Shown here piece after piece: positions 23,833 through 64,000 of a DNA stretch of 64,000 bases (the first letter of the stretch is position 1; every line of letters begins with the position of its first letter). This DNA comes from Octopus sinensis (Eukaryota), in the NCBI RefSeq assembly GCF_006345805.1, contig NC_043023.1, forward strand, positions 5,084,001 through 5,148,000, in the 5' to 3' direction. The notes beneath the pieces are model-generated. The model made no database searches. It was given only the letters and a program-made list of their open reading frames with translations, and was not told the origin of the DNA. The position numbers and the translations under genes are program-made.

Positions 23833-23886
23833 GTGCCTGAAGAATATGTTTGAGTATTTCTCAACATTTGAAACTATTAGTAGTGC
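23833..23886 (+). ncRNA. Type I hammerhead ribozyme in a PLE-like terminal-repeat fragment
   Basis: Stem I GTGC/GTGC (2 G-U pairs); CTGAAGA; imperfect stem II hairpin; GAAA; stem III ACTA-T-TAGT; UA site. Confidence 0.65.
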
Positions 23887-24334
23887 TCAAATACATATAT
23901 TGTGCCCTTTAAATGCATAATAATTATATATATATACATATATATTTACACACACACACATGATGGTTGTCCACTCCTTATGCAGAGTTTGACCACCTCC
24001 TGTACTTACACCTTAGAACCATCATGGCCTCTGATGTCGCTTTTTAAACTGGACAATTCTTGAAAAGACACCCACACAGATTGCATATTTGATTTGGACC
24101 ACCAAGAGCTGTAGATAAGTTATGATTTTTGTAGATCTTAAAATGTCTTTTCAGGCCTCTGTTATATTTGCAAACCTTCTGACATACATTGCATTGAAAA
24201 GTGTGCACAAGACATATATATATATATATATACATACACAAATAGCACTAAAAATGTACAGAAAATAGATTCCATCATATACCAGGGAGGAAAACTAGAA
24301 GTAGTTGATAGCTTCCATTACACAGGTGACCAAG

Positions 24335-25310
24335 TCAGTAGCAGGAGTGGATGCTCTGAAAACGTAGCTGCTAGAATAAGAATAGGCTGGGCAAAGTTCA
24401 GAGAGCTCCTACCTCTGCTGGTAACAAAGAGCCTCTCTCTCAGAGTGAAAGGCAGACTGTATGATGCCTTTGTGCAAACAGCTGTGCTACATGACAATGA
24501 AACATGGGCTATGACAGCTGAGGACATAAGAAATGATATTAGTATGTTTCACTGGATATGTAATGTCAGTGTGGTTGCACAACAGAATGTAAGCATCCTG
24601 AGAGAAAATTTGGGAATGAAGTGGCATCAGATGTGATGTGCAAGAGAGATGACTGCACTGGTATGGTCATGTGATGTGTATGGACAAGCTGTGTGAAGAA
24701 GTATTGTACTCTAATGGTGAGCTGTGGAAGAGGTAGACCTAGGAAGACATGGGGCAAGGAGGTGAAGAACGATCTTTGAATATTGGACCTCATGGAAGCA
24801 ATGAGAAGACTCATAAAGCCAAGTGAGATCGTAGTTGTGACCAATGCCAGTGTTGTGTAACTGGCCCTTAAAAATACCTTTCAAACATTGGGTGATATGT
24901 TGTATTTGTGAAGACCTGTTGAGCTGAGTGAAATCATAGTCATGGCTGATGCCAGTGCTGTCTGACTGGCACCCATGCCAGTGGCACATAAAAAGCACTG
25001 TTCAGGTGTTGAGCCTCATGGAGGCAGTGACAGGTGACCAAAACCTTTGGGGATATATACTTGTGTAGACCTGTGAAGCCAAGTGAGACTAGTCGTGGCC
25101 AATGCCTGTGTCAGGTCAATGGCAACCATGCCAGTGGCATGTAAAAAACATTTACTAGACTCTCGGAGTGGTTGGCATTAAGAAGGGCATCCAGTCATAG
25201 AAACCTTGCCAAATCAGTTTGGAACCTGGTGCAGCTCACCAGCTTACCAGAACTATCAACCCGTCCATCCTATGCCAGCATGGAAAATAGACGTTAAATG
25301 ATGATGATGA
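24335..25310 (+). mobile_element. RTE-clade LINE 3' fragment plus associated RTE-tail SINE
   Basis: ARIRIGWAKFRELLPLL...KGRLYDAFVQTAVLHDNETW. Related pieces lie at 52425-53030 and 57470-58410. Confidence 0.8.
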
Positions 25311-25682
25311 TACATACATACATACATACATACATACATACATAAGAAAAAAACAGAATTCAAGGAGCCTGGCAGTGATTTGTATCAGCAACAATTGTAT
25401 TTATTGACAAATATATAACAAACAAGTATATTTGCTATGAAAAGCAGGGTTTCCAAAATTTTGAACAAAAACCTTCTTCAGGATTGAGAGAAAAAAAAAA
25501 GGGAAAATTTGAAGACATCATGTCCCTACCTTATGTTTTAGGTCTCCTCTTCATCTTATTTTCCTTCCACTTCACTCAACTTCTATATTCTCTTTTTCTC
25601 TTTTTCTTCTGTTGTTCCACTTTATCCTGTTTACACAGGCACTTACACATTTTGTGTTCTTAAACAATTGCAAGCATTCATA

Positions 25683-26129
25683 CGTGGTCTGATCTATAAG
25701 TATCAAGTCTGTTGCCATAGTAATAAAGCTAAAGCACACAGAGTGAAGCCACTTGACACAGATTGACCTTGAAATCTGCAGTGCATGTGCACTAAGTTTT
25801 AATGCTTTAGCTCATTTCCGCTGTTTACAGCAGTGTTTAGAAGGGAGGTGTGTTGTGTCACCATGACAGGGAAACTTGAGCAGAGAATCTGCATCAAATT
25901 TTGCCAAAAGCTTGACAATACCTGCTCAGAGGCCTACACAAAGATTTCAAAAAGTTTTCCTCAATAGGTGCAGGAGTGGCTGTGTGGTAAGTTGTTTGCT
26001 TACCAACCACATGGTTCTGGGTTCAGTCCCACTGTGTGGCACCTTGGGCAAGTGTCTTCTACTATAGCTTCGGGCCGACCAAAACCTTTTGAGTGGATTT
26101 GGTAGATGGAAACTGAAAGAAGCCCATCG

Positions 26130-26162
<33 letters not shown>

Positions 26163-26479
26163 ATGTGTTTGTGTGTCTGTGTTTGTCCCCCCAACATCGC
26201 TTGACAACCGATGGTAGTGTGTTTGAGTCCCCATAACTTAGCGGTTTGGCAAAAGAGACTGATAGAATAAGTACTAGGCTTACAAAGAATAAGTCCTGGG
26301 GTTGATTTGCTTGACTTAAGGTGGTGCTCCAGCATGGCCACAGTCACATGACTGAAGCAAGTAAAGCAAGAGAGTATGCACAACAGAGTTCAGGGTCAAT
26401 CTGTGCCAAGCAGCTTTACTCTGCATGCTTTAGCTTTGTTACTATGGCAACAGTCCAGATACTTATTGATCAGATCTCG
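25683..26479 (+). mobile_element. Mariner-derived MITE with long TIRs and nested SINE (25965-26372)
   Basis: TA|CGTGGTCTGATC... and ...GATCAGATCTCG|TA ends; relic EQRICIKFCQKLD. A second copy lies at ~60123-61208. Confidence 0.82.
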
Positions 26480-26531
26480 TACATATCATGTGAATTTGAT
26501 GCATACTCCTCCTGTACTTCTCTTGTACTCT

Positions 26532-63793
<37,262 letters not shown>

Positions 63794-64000
63794 CTGCAAG
63801 AAATAGAGAGAGAGAAATAAAGATTGAATATATAGGCACAGGTGTGGCTCATAGGCACAGGTGTGGTTTATAGGTGCAGTCATGGGTGTGTGGTAAGAAG
63901 TTTGCTTCCCAACCACATAGTTTTAGGTTCAATTCCACTGCATGGCACCTTTGGCAAGTGTCTCCTACTATAGTTTGGAACAGATTTTGAAAAATTATAA

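Noticed and set aside
25444-25486. Hammerhead-like CTGAAGA...GAAA on the - strand
   Set aside because: There is no supportable stem I or palindromic stem III; at best it is a heavily decayed copy.

Overview
AT-rich, repeat-saturated animal genomic DNA. The SINE, Penelope and microsatellite content looks like an octopus genome (inference from recalled repeat families, not a database hit). Two convergent spliced genes were reconstructed by hand from GT/AG boundaries with consistent phases. (1) A + strand 170-aa DEDDh exonuclease of the REX4 family (REXO4/ISG20-like), 5 coding exons at 5972-17645, whose second coding intron holds a 5.8-kb GT-rich satellite. (2) The 3' 16 coding exons (~650 aa) of a MEI1 (meiosis inhibitor 1) homologue on the - strand, 63793-26532, with its 5' part outside the window. 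The rest is nested transposons: tRNA-headed SINEs, Penelope-like elements (PLE), RTE and RLE-type LINE pieces, and Tc1/mariner, piggyBac and foldback elements. The most striking unannotated layer is 15 type I hammerhead-ribozyme motifs from several unrelated sequence families, nearly all with a self-complementary stem III. Their carriers include a 493-nt unit with 58-nt terminal redundancy (circular-RNA/retrozyme-like), a 566-bp gapless palindrome carrying a ribozyme on each strand ~37 nt from a MEI1 splice acceptor, a tRNA-headed ribozyme SINE inserted as an inverted dimer with a 15-bp TSD, and a foldback element with a ribozyme in its loop. There is no CRISPR array, rRNA or genuine tRNA gene. 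Ribozyme activity, expression and protein identities are untested here.
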